A model generated the notes under the pieces. It was not told where the DNA came from. It saw nothing but the letters and a program-made list of their open reading frames with translations, and made no database searches. The position numbers were made by a program, and so were the translations under genes. This document shows positions 17,797 to 28,103 of a stretch of 43,756 nt of DNA, piece after piece. The DNA is taken from NCBI GenBank assembly GCA_017515505.1, contig JAFWFT010000016.1, positions 1 to 43,756 of the forward strand. The letters are read 5' to 3'. The stretch comes from Solobacterium sp. (GTDB lineage: Bacteria; Bacillota_I; Bacilli_A; Erysipelotrichales; Erysipelotrichaceae). Numbering within the stretch: position 1 is the first letter of the stretch; the number at the start of each line of letters is the position of its first letter.

Positions 17797-19179
17797 ATGA
17801 GTAACAAAGAGAGATTAATTCATGATTTAACAGTAGGTAGTGTACCGAAAACTCTTATTAAGTTTGCTTTACCTTTGTTTTTATCTGGCTTACTTCAAAC
17901 TCTCTACAATATGGTTGATATGGTTATTGTGGGTCGATTTGTAGGACCAGAAGGATTAGCAGCTGTATCTATAGGTGGTGAGATGTTACATATGTTGATG
18001 TTTATTGCGATGGGATTATCCAATGCAGGGCAAATATGGATATCAAGATATGTAGGGGAGAATCGAAAAGATAAAATCGGAAAGATGGTAGGAACTTTAT
18101 TTACTGTTCTATTCTCTGCGAGTATTGTCTTAATGATTGTATGTGCAAGTTTTCATCGAGAGATGATTAATTGGTTACATACACCTATTGAAGCTTGGAA
18201 TATGACAAGAGATTATGTTTTAACATGTATCTTTGGATTAGTTTTTATTTATGGATATAACTTAGTGAGTGCGATATTAAGAGGAATGGGGGATTCCAAA
18301 CATCCTTTTATCTTTATTGCGATTGCCTCTGTTATTAATATCATTTTAGATATTGTCTTTGTGGCTATCTTGAAAATGGGGCCTCTTGGAGCAGCACTAG
18401 GGACAGTTATTAGTCAAGCAGTCAGCTTTATTTTTGCCTTAACAATTCTGATTAAACATCGTGAACAATTCTATTTCACATTAAATCAAGATGCTTTTAA
18501 AGTTGATAAGGAATCGTTGGATAATCTTATATCGCTGGGGATTCCTATGGTGATCCAATCTGCTGCGATTAGTTTTTCAATGTTGTTTGTGAATTCATTT
18601 ATTAATATGTATGGGGTTGTGGTAGTTGCGGTTACTGGAATTGGAAAGAAGCTAGAGAATATGATAAATATTATGTCGCAATCCGTCTCGAGTGCGGGTG
18701 GAGCGATGGTCTCCCAATGTCTTGGAAGAGGCAAAGAAAAGCGTGTCACACAGACTGTGAAAACTTGTTATGAGATTATGGTACTTCCAGTACTCATTCT
18801 TAGTTTAATCACAATCATTAAACCAGAATGGTTATTTGGTTTATTCACAGATGCGCCAGAGGTATTAAAACTTGCGGTAGCATATATCCCGATTACCTTA
18901 GTTCAATATGCGGGTTCTCTTACTAGACCCGCAAATTTTGCGCTCATCAATGGATCTGGAAATTCTAGGTTAAATCTAGCGGTTGCCTTATTAGATGGGG
19001 TGATATTCCGGATTGGATTTGCGTATTTCTTAGGGGTCATTATGAATAAAGGCATTCTAGGATGGTGGTATGGAAGTGCAATAAGTGGGCTTATTCCATT
19101 CGTCATTGGTACAATATATTTGGTAAGTGGAAAATGGAAAGATAGAGTTACCACAATAAATAGTGATGTCAAGAATTAA
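17797..19179 (+). CDS. MATE family efflux transporter
   Basis: 460 aa, about 12 TM segments; motifs DLTVGSVPKTLIKFALP, QTLYNMVDMVIVG, LRGMGDSKHPF, NIILDIVF. Confidence 0.93.
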   Translation: MSNKERLIHDLTVGSVPKTLIKFALPLFLSGLLQTLYNMVDMVIVGRFVGPEGLAAVSIGGEMLHMLMFIAMGLSNAGQIWISRYVGENRKDKIGKMVGTLFTVLFSASIVLMIVCASFHREMINWLHTPIEAWNMTRDYVLTCIFGLVFIYGYNLVSAILRGMGDSKHPFIFIAIASVINIILDIVFVAILKMGPLGAALGTVISQAVSFIFALTILIKHREQFYFTLNQDAFKVDKESLDNLISLGIPMVIQSAAISFSMLFVNSFINMYGVVVVAVTGIGKKLENMINIMSQSVSSAGGAMVSQCLGRGKEKRVTQTVKTCYEIMVLPVLILSLITIIKPEWLFGLFTDAPEVLKLAVAYIPITLVQYAGSLTRPANFALINGSGNSRLNLAVALLDGVIFRIGFAYFLGVIMNKGILGWWYGSAISGLIPFVIGTIYLVSGKWKDRVTTINSDVKN

Positions 19180-19228
19180 CCTTTAATAAGGGATTTGATA
19201 AGATGGAAGAACTGCGGAGTTAAAGCGT

Positions 19229-21496
19229 ATGAATGAAACTATTATTAATGCGATTGCGAAGAAATTGAAGGTTGGGGTAGATCAAGTTACCAACACCTTA
19301 GGTTTGCTAGAGGAAGGGAATACGGTTCCTTTTATCGCGCGTTATCGTAAAGAAGCAACAAGAGGACTTGATGAAGAACAAATCCTCTATATTGAAAAAC
19401 AATACCAATATGAAGTGAATCTTGCGGAAAGAAAAGAAGCAGTGTTAAAACTCATTGCGGAACAAGGAAAGTTAACCGAAGAAATTACAAATGAAATTAA
19501 TGCATGTACAAAACTATCGCAAGTAGAAGACTTATATAGACCTTATAAACAAAAGAAAAAGACAAGAGCAGGTGTGGCAATTAAAAATGGTCTACAGCCT
19601 CTAGCAGATTGGATGTTAGCTTTACCAGAAACAGGAAGTTTACAAGAAGAGGCAGCGAAATACTTGAATGAAAATGTAGCGACAGTAGAAGATGCGATTC
19701 AAGGTGCGAAAGACATCATTGCGGAAAATGCATCTGATCATGCGCAATTAAGATGGAAGTTTAAAGAAACCATTGAGCAAACAGGTGTTCTTGTGACAAA
19801 AGAAAAGAAAGATCACCAAGACGAAAAGAAAGTCTATGAGATGTATTATGATCGCAGTGAAAAGATTACACAAATCGCAAATCATAGAGTGATGGCAATC
19901 GATCGTGCAGAAAAAGAAAAAGTCATCACGGTTACATTTAGTTATGATGATGAACATTTAGTCAATCAAGCATGTGAAGAATTTTTGAAAGGTTCTAAAA
20001 CCATTGTTGAACAAGAGATTCGTGAAGCAGTAGATGATGGATGTCATCGTTTACTATTTCCATCGATTGAAAATGAAATTCGTAGTGATTTAAGTGAACG
20101 TGCGCAAACTTCTTCCATTGAAATCTTCTCTATGAATTTAGAAAAACTATTACTGCAACCACCACTGAAGGGAAGAGTAGTATTAGGCTTTGACCCTGCG
20201 TTTCGTACAGGTTGTAAGTTAGCTGTATTGGATGAAACAGGAAAGATGTTACATATTGATAAAATTTTCCCACATGAACCAGTGAATAATGTGGAAGGTT
20301 CCAAAGAAAAACTGTTGGATTTAATTAAGCAATACCATGTTCAAATAATTGCGATTGGAAATGGAACGGCATCTAGAGAAAGTGAACGCTTTGTCGCAAA
20401 TGTGATTCAAGAAAATCATCTAGATGTCAGTTATGCGATTGTTTCTGAAGCAGGAGCGTCTGTTTATTCGGCAGGCGAAATCGCACGTGCTGAATTCCCA
20501 GATTTACATGTTGAGGAAAGAAGTGCAGTATCCATTGGTAGAAGATTATTAGATCCTCTAGCAGAACTCATTAAGATTGATCCAAAATCCATTGGGGTAG
20601 GACAATACCAACATGACCTTCCACAAAAAGCTTTAACAGAAAGATTAGATGAAGCGATTATGAAGTGTGTAAATAGAACAGGTGCAGATTTAAATACAGC
20701 TTCAATTGAACTGTTAACACATATTTCTGGATTAAATAGTGCGACCGCAAAAGAAATCGTTAACTATCGTAACCAAAATGGACGTTTTGAAAATCGTGAA
20801 GAATTACGAAAAGTTAAAAAACTAGGTGATAAGACCTTCCAGCAATGTGCGGGATTCTTGCGTATTGTTGGTGGAAAAGAACCACTCGATGAAACATCGA
20901 TTCACCCTGAAAGCTATGAAGCCGCAAAGAAGTTAATGGAAGCTTGTGGCATCACAAAACTTGGTGTAGCGGAAGCAGAGTTTCCAGAAGAGAAAGTAAG
21001 TGGACTTGGGATTGATGAATATACACTAAAGGATATCGAAGAAGCGATTCGTCAACCACTACGTGATTATCGTGATCAATTTGAAGGAGCTCTCTTAAAA
21101 AGTGATGTCTTAGAAATAAGCGATTTACATGAAGGAGATCAATTATCGGGTACTGTACGTAACGTTGTAGACTTTGGGGCGTTTGTGGATATTGGGCTTC
21201 ATGAAGATGGCTTAGTTCATGTGTCAAAGATGTCAATGAATCGTATTTCACATCCTTCTGAAGTTGTATCAGTAGGAGATATCGTAAAAGTGTATGTCGC
21301 TGGTATTGATGAAGGAAAAGGAAAAGTTCAATTATCTTTACTTCCACTTAGTGATATTGAAAAAAGAGATGCGATGTGGCGTCAGAATAGAGGAAATCAA
21401 AAGAAATCTAGAAAACCACAACCTAAGAAGAATGAGCCTGTAACCATGGAAGATGCGACAGCACGTTTATTAGAACGATTTGGAAAGAAGCATTAA
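19229..21496 (+). CDS. tex: Tex family RNA-binding transcriptional accessory protein
   Basis: EGNTVPFIARYRKEAT, GFDPAFRTGCK, SEAGASVYSA, IDPKSIGVGQYQHD, an HhH region and a C-terminal S1 domain (VRNVVDFGAFVDIG). Confidence 0.95.
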   Translation: MNETIINAIAKKLKVGVDQVTNTLGLLEEGNTVPFIARYRKEATRGLDEEQILYIEKQYQYEVNLAERKEAVLKLIAEQGKLTEEITNEINACTKLSQVEDLYRPYKQKKKTRAGVAIKNGLQPLADWMLALPETGSLQEEAAKYLNENVATVEDAIQGAKDIIAENASDHAQLRWKFKETIEQTGVLVTKEKKDHQDEKKVYEMYYDRSEKITQIANHRVMAIDRAEKEKVITVTFSYDDEHLVNQACEEFLKGSKTIVEQEIREAVDDGCHRLLFPSIENEIRSDLSERAQTSSIEIFSMNLEKLLLQPPLKGRVVLGFDPAFRTGCKLAVLDETGKMLHIDKIFPHEPVNNVEGSKEKLLDLIKQYHVQIIAIGNGTASRESERFVANVIQENHLDVSYAIVSEAGASVYSAGEIARAEFPDLHVEERSAVSIGRRLLDPLAELIKIDPKSIGVGQYQHDLPQKALTERLDEAIMKCVNRTGADLNTASIELLTHISGLNSATAKEIVNYRNQNGRFENREELRKVKKLGDKTFQQCAGFLRIVGGKEPLDETSIHPESYEAAKKLMEACGITKLGVAEAEFPEEKVSGLGIDEYTLKDIEEAIRQPLRDYRDQFEGALLKSDVLEISDLHEGDQLSGTVRNVVDFGAFVDIGLHEDGLVHVSKMSMNRISHPSEVVSVGDIVKVYVAGIDEGKGKVQLSLLPLSDIEKRDAMWRQNRGNQKKSRKPQPKKNEPVTMEDATARLLERFGKKH

Positions 21497-21497
21497 G

Positions 21498-21640
21498 ATG
21501 TTAGTATTTACACCAGAACAGATTCAAGAAATAAAAGAAGATCGCATTGAACGATATAAACGTTTGAATTTGTTCATTTAAGAAGGGCAAGCATTATTTG
21601 CGGGTTCAAGTTTAATTCCATATAAGATTTATAATCGTGG
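21498..21640 (+). pseudogene. Remnant of a GDSL/SGNH hydrolase gene
   Basis: Reads MLVFTPEQIQEIKEDRIERYKRLNLFI*EGQALFAGSSLIPYKIYNRG. It has block I (LFAGSSL) and block II (IYNRG) motifs, an in-frame TAA at 21579-21581, and is then truncated by the convergent pdxK. Confidence 0.6.
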
Positions 21641-21651
21641 CGAGAATTCAA

Positions 21652-22485
21652 TTATTCATTCAATAAACGAACTAAATAAGGTATCGCTTTTTCGAAGTTA
21701 ACTCCATATGTAATATGGTTCTCTTCTTCTAATGTAATACGTATACATTCCACAACATAATCTGTAGCGATTTGAAGAGAACGTTCAATTCCTTTTTCAC
21801 TAGTGAGTGCGCCAAAGAAAGTGGATGCCCAAATATCACCTGTGCCATGGAATTTTTCTGGTAATTCATCACGATAGTATTGGAACCATTCATCGCTTCT
21901 GGAATCATACGCATATACACCAAGTTTTCCCTCTTCTAGTGAGATTCCTGTTAATACCGCAACTTTACATCCTAAAGTACATAATTTCTTTAATGTTTCT
22001 TGAACAAATGATTCATCATAGTTATTTCCACGATACTCTTCTCCTAATAAGAAAGCAGCCTCTGTTAAGTTTGGACAGATGATATCTGCTTCTTTACATA
22101 GAGTTGCCATATGAGAAGCGAAAGCAGTATCAAAACTAGGATAAAGAGAACCATTATCTGCCATACAAGGATCAACTAATGAAAAACTATCTTTGGAAAA
22201 TGTATGAATGAGTTCTTTTGCGAGTTCAACTTGTTCAAAAGAACCTAAGAAACCAGTATAAACACCATCAAAATGAAACTTCTCTTTCTTCCAGTGTTCC
22301 ATAATTGGTTTTACTTCCATTGTTAGATCATGGAATGTAAATCCTTGAAACATTGTATGAGTGCTTAAAACGGCAGTTGGTATAACACTTGTTTCGATAC
22401 CCATTGCGGAAACAATTGGTAAGGCAACGGTTAAGGAACACTTTCCAACACAGGAAATATCTTGCATTGTGACAATTTGTTTCAT
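21652..22485 (-). CDS. pdxK: Pyridoxal/pyridoxamine kinase (ribokinase superfamily)
   Basis: QDISCVGKCSLTVALP, PTAVLSTHT, YTGFLGS, VDPCMADNG, PNLTEA, HGTGDIWAS. Confidence 0.9.
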   Translation of the reverse strand: MKQIVTMQDISCVGKCSLTVALPIVSAMGIETSVIPTAVLSTHTMFQGFTFHDLTMEVKPIMEHWKKEKFHFDGVYTGFLGSFEQVELAKELIHTFSKDSFSLVDPCMADNGSLYPSFDTAFASHMATLCKEADIICPNLTEAAFLLGEEYRGNNYDESFVQETLKKLCTLGCKVAVLTGISLEEGKLGVYAYDSRSDEWFQYYRDELPEKFHGTGDIWASTFFGALTSEKGIERSLQIATDYVVECIRITLEEENHITYGVNFEKAIPYLVRLLNE

Positions 22486-22509
22486 TTATATCCCTTCTTT
22501 CAAAATGGT

Positions 22510-22537
22510 ATTATAACATCACAAAGAAAGATATAAT
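22510..22537. promoter_or_regulatory. Back-to-back -10 elements for pdxK (-) and msrA (+)
   Basis: TGtTATAAT on the minus strand (22510-22518) and TATAAT on the plus strand (22532-22537) in a 70-bp divergent spacer. Confidence 0.5.
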
Positions 22538-22555
22538 ATAGAAAGAGGAGCGAAT

Positions 22556-23065
22556 ATGTCTAAAACAATCTATTTTGCAGGTGGGTGTTTCTGGGGAATG
22601 GAAAAGGTATTCCAGATTGTTCCAGGAGTTCTTGAAACAACCGTAGGTTACGCAAACGGTATTACAGATAATCCAACCTATGAGGAAGTTTGTTCCAATA
22701 TAACCAAACATCGAGAAACTGTAAAAGTAATCTATGATGAAAAGAAAGTTTCACTAGAAACATTATTAGATGTTTTCTTTATTTGTATTGATCCAACTGT
22801 TAAGGATCGTCAAGGAAATGATATTGGAACGCAATACCAAACAGGTGTATATTATAGTATTCAAGATGATTATCCAATCATCATGAAGAAGTTTGAAGAA
22901 GAGAAGAAGAAATATAATCCATTTGAAGTGGAATGTTCAAAATTAAAATGTTTCTATGATGCAGAAGAGTATCATCAAGATTATTTGATGAAGAATCCAA
23001 ATGGATATTGTCATATCACAAATGCAGAAATGGAAGAAGTAAAAGAGTATTTAAAGAATAGGTGA
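22556..23065 (+). CDS. msrA: Peptide methionine sulfoxide reductase MsrA
   Basis: AGGCFWG, VGYANG, RQGNDIGTQY, AEEYHQDYL..NPNGYCH. Confidence 0.95.
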   Translation: MSKTIYFAGGCFWGMEKVFQIVPGVLETTVGYANGITDNPTYEEVCSNITKHRETVKVIYDEKKVSLETLLDVFFICIDPTVKDRQGNDIGTQYQTGVYYSIQDDYPIIMKKFEEEKKKYNPFEVECSKLKCFYDAEEYHQDYLMKNPNGYCHITNAEMEEVKEYLKNR

Positions 23066-23068
23066 ATT

Positions 23069-24724
23069 ATGAAAGTTTTAGTAAAGTGGAGAGAAGGACA
23101 AAAAGAAGTATCATTTGATAAATTAGTTACAGTAGAAGATATTGTGGCTTCTCTTCAACCTGAATTACCATATGAAATTATTACGTGTCTAATTAATCGC
23201 GAATATCATCGTTTAAATTATGTTATACAAGAAGATACAGAAGTTTTTTTGTCGGATATAAGAGATAAGGGAACCTATAAGATTTATCAATCTTCTTTAC
23301 TCATGGTTTATATCAAAGCTGTTCATGATGTATTAGGAGAAGATGTTGGGGTGCTTGTGAATAATGCACTGAATCGTGGTATTTACACAACAATTAAACA
23401 CAGTGGCATTACTAAGGCACTTGTAACGAAAATTGAGAATCGTATGCGTGAACTTGTGGAAATGGATATTCCATTTGTGAAAAGTGAACTTTCAAGAGAA
23501 GAAATGTTAGAAGAATTAAAGAAAGTCGGAAATAAATCTTCTCACCAAACTTTAAAACATCTACCAAACTTAAAACATATTCATCTCTATTCATTAGGAA
23601 ATGAATTAGAACTTTTCTTTACACCACTTACGACGAAAACATCCCATATTAAACAATTTGAATTAAGAAAGTATAAGAATGGAATCTTAGTGCGTTTTGC
23701 GCAACCAGATTGTCCAGGAGAGATTCCTCCTTATGAGAATGAAGAAATGTTATATAAAGCATTTGCGGAAGAAACAAGATGGGGAAAGATTACGGGAATT
23801 CAGTATTCTTGGGATGTGAATAAGATGATTCTAAGAAATCAATATGTGGATTTAATCTTATTAACGGAAGCTCTACATGAAAAGAAGATAGCGGAAATCG
23901 CAACGCAAATCTTTAAAGCGAAGAAAAGAATTATATTAATTGCGGGACCATCTTCTTCTGGCAAAACTACCTTTGCGAAACGATTGTGTATGCAGTTACG
24001 AGTGAATGGATTACGACCGCTATATATGGGAACAGATGATTACTTTGTGGAAAGAACAGAAACACCGATAGGACCAGATGGAAAACCAAACTTTGAAGAT
24101 TTAGATGCAGTAGATATTAATCTCTTCACAAAACAAATGAATGATTTATTAGATGGAAAGAAAGTGGATTTACCATCCTTTGATTTCATTCAAGGAACGA
24201 AAATTTTCGGAAATCGAATCACTTCCATTGATCATTCTCAACCAATTGTGATTGAAGGAATTCATGCGTTAAATCCAGATCTTACTAAAGGAATTGATGA
24301 TAATCAAAAGTATCATATCTATATCAGCCCATTAACCCAATTAAACATTGATGAACATAATCGCATTTCCACAACGGATGCGCGTATGTTAAGAAGAATT
24401 GTACGTGATTATCAATTTAGAGGATATAGCGCAGCGAAAACCATTGAGACATGGCCTTCTGTAAGAAGAGGAGAAGAGAAGAATATCTTCCCATATTATG
24501 AATACGCAGATACATTCTTTAACTCACAGTGTCTATATGAACTTGCATGTTTAAAAAGAATCGCAAGGCCATTACTAGAAGATATTACTCCAGATGATGA
24601 AGCATATTCAGATGCACAAAGGATGTTGGAGTTCTTAGATTACTTTGCGGAACTAGAAGACTTTAGCGCAATCCCAAATAACTCGATTATGAGAGAGTTT
24701 ATTGGTGGAAGCATCTTAGTTTAA
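23069..24724 (+). CDS. Nucleoside (uridine) kinase with a ThrRS-like N-terminal domain
   Basis: 551 aa; IAGPSSSGKTT, DDYF, EGIHALNP, DARMLRRIVRD, WPSVRRGEEKNIFP, and C-terminal NSIMREFIGGS. Confidence 0.88.
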   Translation: MKVLVKWREGQKEVSFDKLVTVEDIVASLQPELPYEIITCLINREYHRLNYVIQEDTEVFLSDIRDKGTYKIYQSSLLMVYIKAVHDVLGEDVGVLVNNALNRGIYTTIKHSGITKALVTKIENRMRELVEMDIPFVKSELSREEMLEELKKVGNKSSHQTLKHLPNLKHIHLYSLGNELELFFTPLTTKTSHIKQFELRKYKNGILVRFAQPDCPGEIPPYENEEMLYKAFAEETRWGKITGIQYSWDVNKMILRNQYVDLILLTEALHEKKIAEIATQIFKAKKRIILIAGPSSSGKTTFAKRLCMQLRVNGLRPLYMGTDDYFVERTETPIGPDGKPNFEDLDAVDINLFTKQMNDLLDGKKVDLPSFDFIQGTKIFGNRITSIDHSQPIVIEGIHALNPDLTKGIDDNQKYHIYISPLTQLNIDEHNRISTTDARMLRRIVRDYQFRGYSAAKTIETWPSVRRGEEKNIFPYYEYADTFFNSQCLYELACLKRIARPLLEDITPDDEAYSDAQRMLEFLDYFAELEDFSAIPNNSIMREFIGGSILV

Positions 24725-24843
24725 GAGGAAGAAGAGGACAGAAATCAGCCCTCTATTTTCTTTCCTTCTGCTTCATTCTTTATTTGGCAAAACTGACTAT
24801 GATTTATGGAAAAAAACGTATTGGATTAAACAAAGTAATACGA

Positions 24844-26214
24844 TTACATCGATAAGTTTTTTTCTCTTCTTACGAGAGATCGTTTTAACCAAGTACCACG
24901 ATAGTAATAAATAACAAATAATAAACTTGTAACAATCCATGAGATTGGATAACAAACGAGTATTTCATAAATAGTTTTACTTGGGAAGAACAAAATCCAC
25001 ATAATACGATAAACACCAATACCTAATACGAGGATTAAAGTAGGAAAGAAAGATTCTCCACATCCTCGCATTGCGTTGGCGTAGATTTCAACTCCAAAGA
25101 AAGTGATCCAGAAAGGACATATAAAACGCATAATCCCAATTCCATATTGGATAACATCAGAATCAGATGTAAACATACGATAAAGGATTGGGGAACCAAA
25201 ATAACAAATGGTCGCAATCACAATCGCTAATATACATTCTTCAAGGATGCCAACATGGACTCCTTTTTTAACACGGTCTATATTACCTGCCCCAAAGTTT
25301 TGGCCAGAGAAGGTTAATATCGCAGTCCCCATTGCACCAGAGGCATTCCACCACAAGGCATCAATCTTTCCAAAAGCTGTATACGCCGCTACAACATCAG
25401 TTCCATGTCCGTTGATACTTGCTTGAACAAATAAGTTCGCAAAACTATAAAGAGAAGATTGTAAACCAAGTGGGAAACCAATCGCTAAGATTTGTTTTAG
25501 CATTGGCCAATCTATATGTAAGTCTTTCAATGTGAAATGGAAAGAATCATCTGTACGATGGAAAACTAATAACATTAATAAACAACTCACAATCTGTGCA
25601 ATGATGGTGGCGATTGCAGCACCACTAATTCCCCAATGAAAGACTGCGACAAACACAATATCTAAAATGATATTCACAAAGCAGGAAACAATTAAAAAGT
25701 AGAGAGGTCTTTTGGAGTCCCCTGTCGCACGTAAGATGCTCGCTCCGGTATTATAAATCATTGTCGGAATCATACCTAAGAAATAAATACGTAAATAAAT
25801 AATTGAGAATTCTAATATATCAATTGGAACATTTACCATTCCAAGTAGGGATGGAGTAACAAAGTATCCGATAACCGTAATAAGGATTCCTAATAGTAAT
25901 GCGAGAGTCATACCAGTTGATACAGCCGAATGAACACGTTCTCTATCTTGTCTACCATAGTATTGTGCAACCGCAACGGTGGCTCCAGAAGTTAAACCTA
26001 CTAAGAATCCCACAATGAGATTTACGATTGTTCCAGTTGAACCACCGACTGCAGCTAACGCTTCTTTTCCAACGATATTCCCAACGATAATCGCATCAAT
26101 GGTGTTATAGAGTTGTTGGAAGATGGTGCCAAAAAATACAGGGAAAAAGAAAAGAAGGATTTGTTGCCAAATCACGCCATGTAAGATATCACTACGTGTT
26201 CGAACGAACTTCAT
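24844..26214 (-). CDS. MATE family efflux transporter
   Basis: 456 aa polytopic protein; FQQLYNTIDAIIVG, LRATGDSKRPLYFL, GAAIATIIAQ. Confidence 0.93.
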   Translation of the reverse strand: MKFVRTRSDILHGVIWQQILLFFFPVFFGTIFQQLYNTIDAIIVGNIVGKEALAAVGGSTGTIVNLIVGFLVGLTSGATVAVAQYYGRQDRERVHSAVSTGMTLALLLGILITVIGYFVTPSLLGMVNVPIDILEFSIIYLRIYFLGMIPTMIYNTGASILRATGDSKRPLYFLIVSCFVNIILDIVFVAVFHWGISGAAIATIIAQIVSCLLMLLVFHRTDDSFHFTLKDLHIDWPMLKQILAIGFPLGLQSSLYSFANLFVQASINGHGTDVVAAYTAFGKIDALWWNASGAMGTAILTFSGQNFGAGNIDRVKKGVHVGILEECILAIVIATICYFGSPILYRMFTSDSDVIQYGIGIMRFICPFWITFFGVEIYANAMRGCGESFFPTLILVLGIGVYRIMWILFFPSKTIYEILVCYPISWIVTSLLFVIYYYRGTWLKRSLVRREKNLSM

Positions 26215-26309
26215 TTCTCATCCTCCGCATAGGAAATATACCACTTAATATTTATAAAGAAAATAAAAATTATTATAAATTATAAGAATAATTACTTTAT
26301 AATAAATGT

Positions 26310-28103
26310 ATGTATAGAATAATCCATGTCGCTGTTTTAGCAATTTCCCTTTTATTACAGTTATTCCCAATACATGCAGAAAATGATTCTTTTACTTGTG
26401 GATTTTCGTATGTTGGAACGCATGATAAGAATGCAATGCAAAATGAAAAGTATCCATTTCATAATGATCATTCCATTCATTTAACCGGATGGAAGAACGA
26501 TTTGGTATACGCTAAGATTGCGATTGAAGCGAGTGAAGAAATGGAGGTATCCATTTCACATGGTGCATTTAAAAATGAAACAGATACATTAAATGATAGT
26601 CAAATCGAATATGGTTTATTGGAAGAAGCGAATGCGAGTTTGGGGATTGGGTATGATGCATCCATTCCTCATGTATCCATTCCAGAAATTATAACCGATA
26701 CAAAAGAGTTTTCGATTCCAACAAATCAAACAAAATATGTTTGGATTCGTATCACACTTCCAAATGATCAAAAGGAAGGTGTCTATAAAGGATGCTTTAT
26801 CATTCAAGGAAATAGTCAAAAGGAAGAGCTGAATGTGGTTGTTAGTGTTTTACCATATACCTTAGAAAATATTGAAGATGAATATTCGATTAATCTTTGG
26901 CAATATCCATTTAGTTCATTGCGGTACTATGATGTTTTACAAAATGAAGAAGCATTCAGCAAGAAACATTTAGATGTATTAAAAGAAGAATTAAAACTCT
27001 ATAAAGAAGCAGGTGGGAATAGTATTACTGTTACTGTCTTAGATGAAGCATGGGGACATCAAACTTATGATGATTATCCATCTATGGTCGATTGGATTAG
27101 AAATCCAGATTATAGTATTACCTTTGATTATTCTAAATTTGATGCGTGGGTGAATTTGTGTATGGAATGTGGAATAGATGCGAGGATTGATACATTTAGT
27201 ATTCTTCCATTTGATAATGCAGTGACCTATGTATTTGAAGATGGAAGCCGTGTTCGTTACCCAATGCGTGTAGGAAGTGATGAATGGAAAGATGTATGGA
27301 CATACTTCCTAACAACGTATATTGAACATTTAGAATCCAAAGGATGGTTTGAGAAAACATTTATCTTTATTGATGAAAGAGAAATGAATGATGTGATAGA
27401 AGCTATTCAATTAATAAAAAGTATAAAGAATTCCAAAGGAGAGAGTTTAAAGATTGCGAGTGCGATTAATCGCGTTCCTAATAATGAATCGATCTATGAT
27501 GAAGTGGATTATTTGTCCATCGCTATTGCGGCAACCCCTCATCAAGATCCATCCTTTGAAAGGTTTATTCAACATCGTCATGAATTAGGTTTAGAAACAA
27601 CCCTCTATAACTGTTCCACCAATTACCCAAATGCATTTACAATTAGTGAACCAGATGAAAGTATTTGGACAATGGAATATATGGGAATTAATCAATTTAC
27701 AGGTTATTTACGATGGGCACTTAATGCTTGGAATGAGAATCCATATCAAACATTAGATTATCAACACTTTGAAGCAGGAGATATCTTCTTAATTTATCCA
27801 GATTATAAAGATGCAACATCTCCAAAGCCAAGACGTACGATTAGACTCGATATGATTATCTATGGACTACGTAACAGTATGAAGTATCAATACTTAAAGG
27901 AGAATTTACCATCCTCTTTAAAGTCTCAATTTGAAAAAGAGTTTGAAGAGATGGATAGAAGCTATGGATATTTCAATTCCTATGGATCAATGGTCGGAAG
28001 TGAACAAGCAAGTATCACAATCTCAGAAGAAGTTCTTAAACAAGAAAGTCTTCTAAATAAATATGCACGATTACTGAAATTAAAAAGAATAATGGAGGGA
28101 TAA
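26310..28103 (+). CDS. Secreted glycoside hydrolase, GH123/DUF4091-like (putative beta-N-acetylgalactosaminidase)
   Basis: Signal peptide (IHA|E), INLWQYPFSSLRYY, FDYSKFDAWV, HLESKGWFEKTFIFIDER, GYLRWALNAW, FEAGDIFLIYP. Confidence 0.75.
   Translation: MYRIIHVAVLAISLLLQLFPIHAENDSFTCGFSYVGTHDKNAMQNEKYPFHNDHSIHLTGWKNDLVYAKIAIEASEEMEVSISHGAFKNETDTLNDSQIEYGLLEEANASLGIGYDASIPHVSIPEIITDTKEFSIPTNQTKYVWIRITLPNDQKEGVYKGCFIIQGNSQKEELNVVVSVLPYTLENIEDEYSINLWQYPFSSLRYYDVLQNEEAFSKKHLDVLKEELKLYKEAGGNSITVTVLDEAWGHQTYDDYPSMVDWIRNPDYSITFDYSKFDAWVNLCMECGIDARIDTFSILPFDNAVTYVFEDGSRVRYPMRVGSDEWKDVWTYFLTTYIEHLESKGWFEKTFIFIDEREMNDVIEAIQLIKSIKNSKGESLKIASAINRVPNNESIYDEVDYLSIAIAATPHQDPSFERFIQHRHELGLETTLYNCSTNYPNAFTISEPDESIWTMEYMGINQFTGYLRWALNAWNENPYQTLDYQHFEAGDIFLIYPDYKDATSPKPRRTIRLDMIIYGLRNSMKYQYLKENLPSSLKSQFEKEFEEMDRSYGYFNSYGSMVGSEQASITISEEVLKQESLLNKYARLLKLKRIMEG

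Noticed and set aside
24725-24775. Purine/pyrimidine-rich imperfect hairpin between the nucleoside kinase and MATE genes
   Set aside because: Pairing is too irregular for a confident terminator call.
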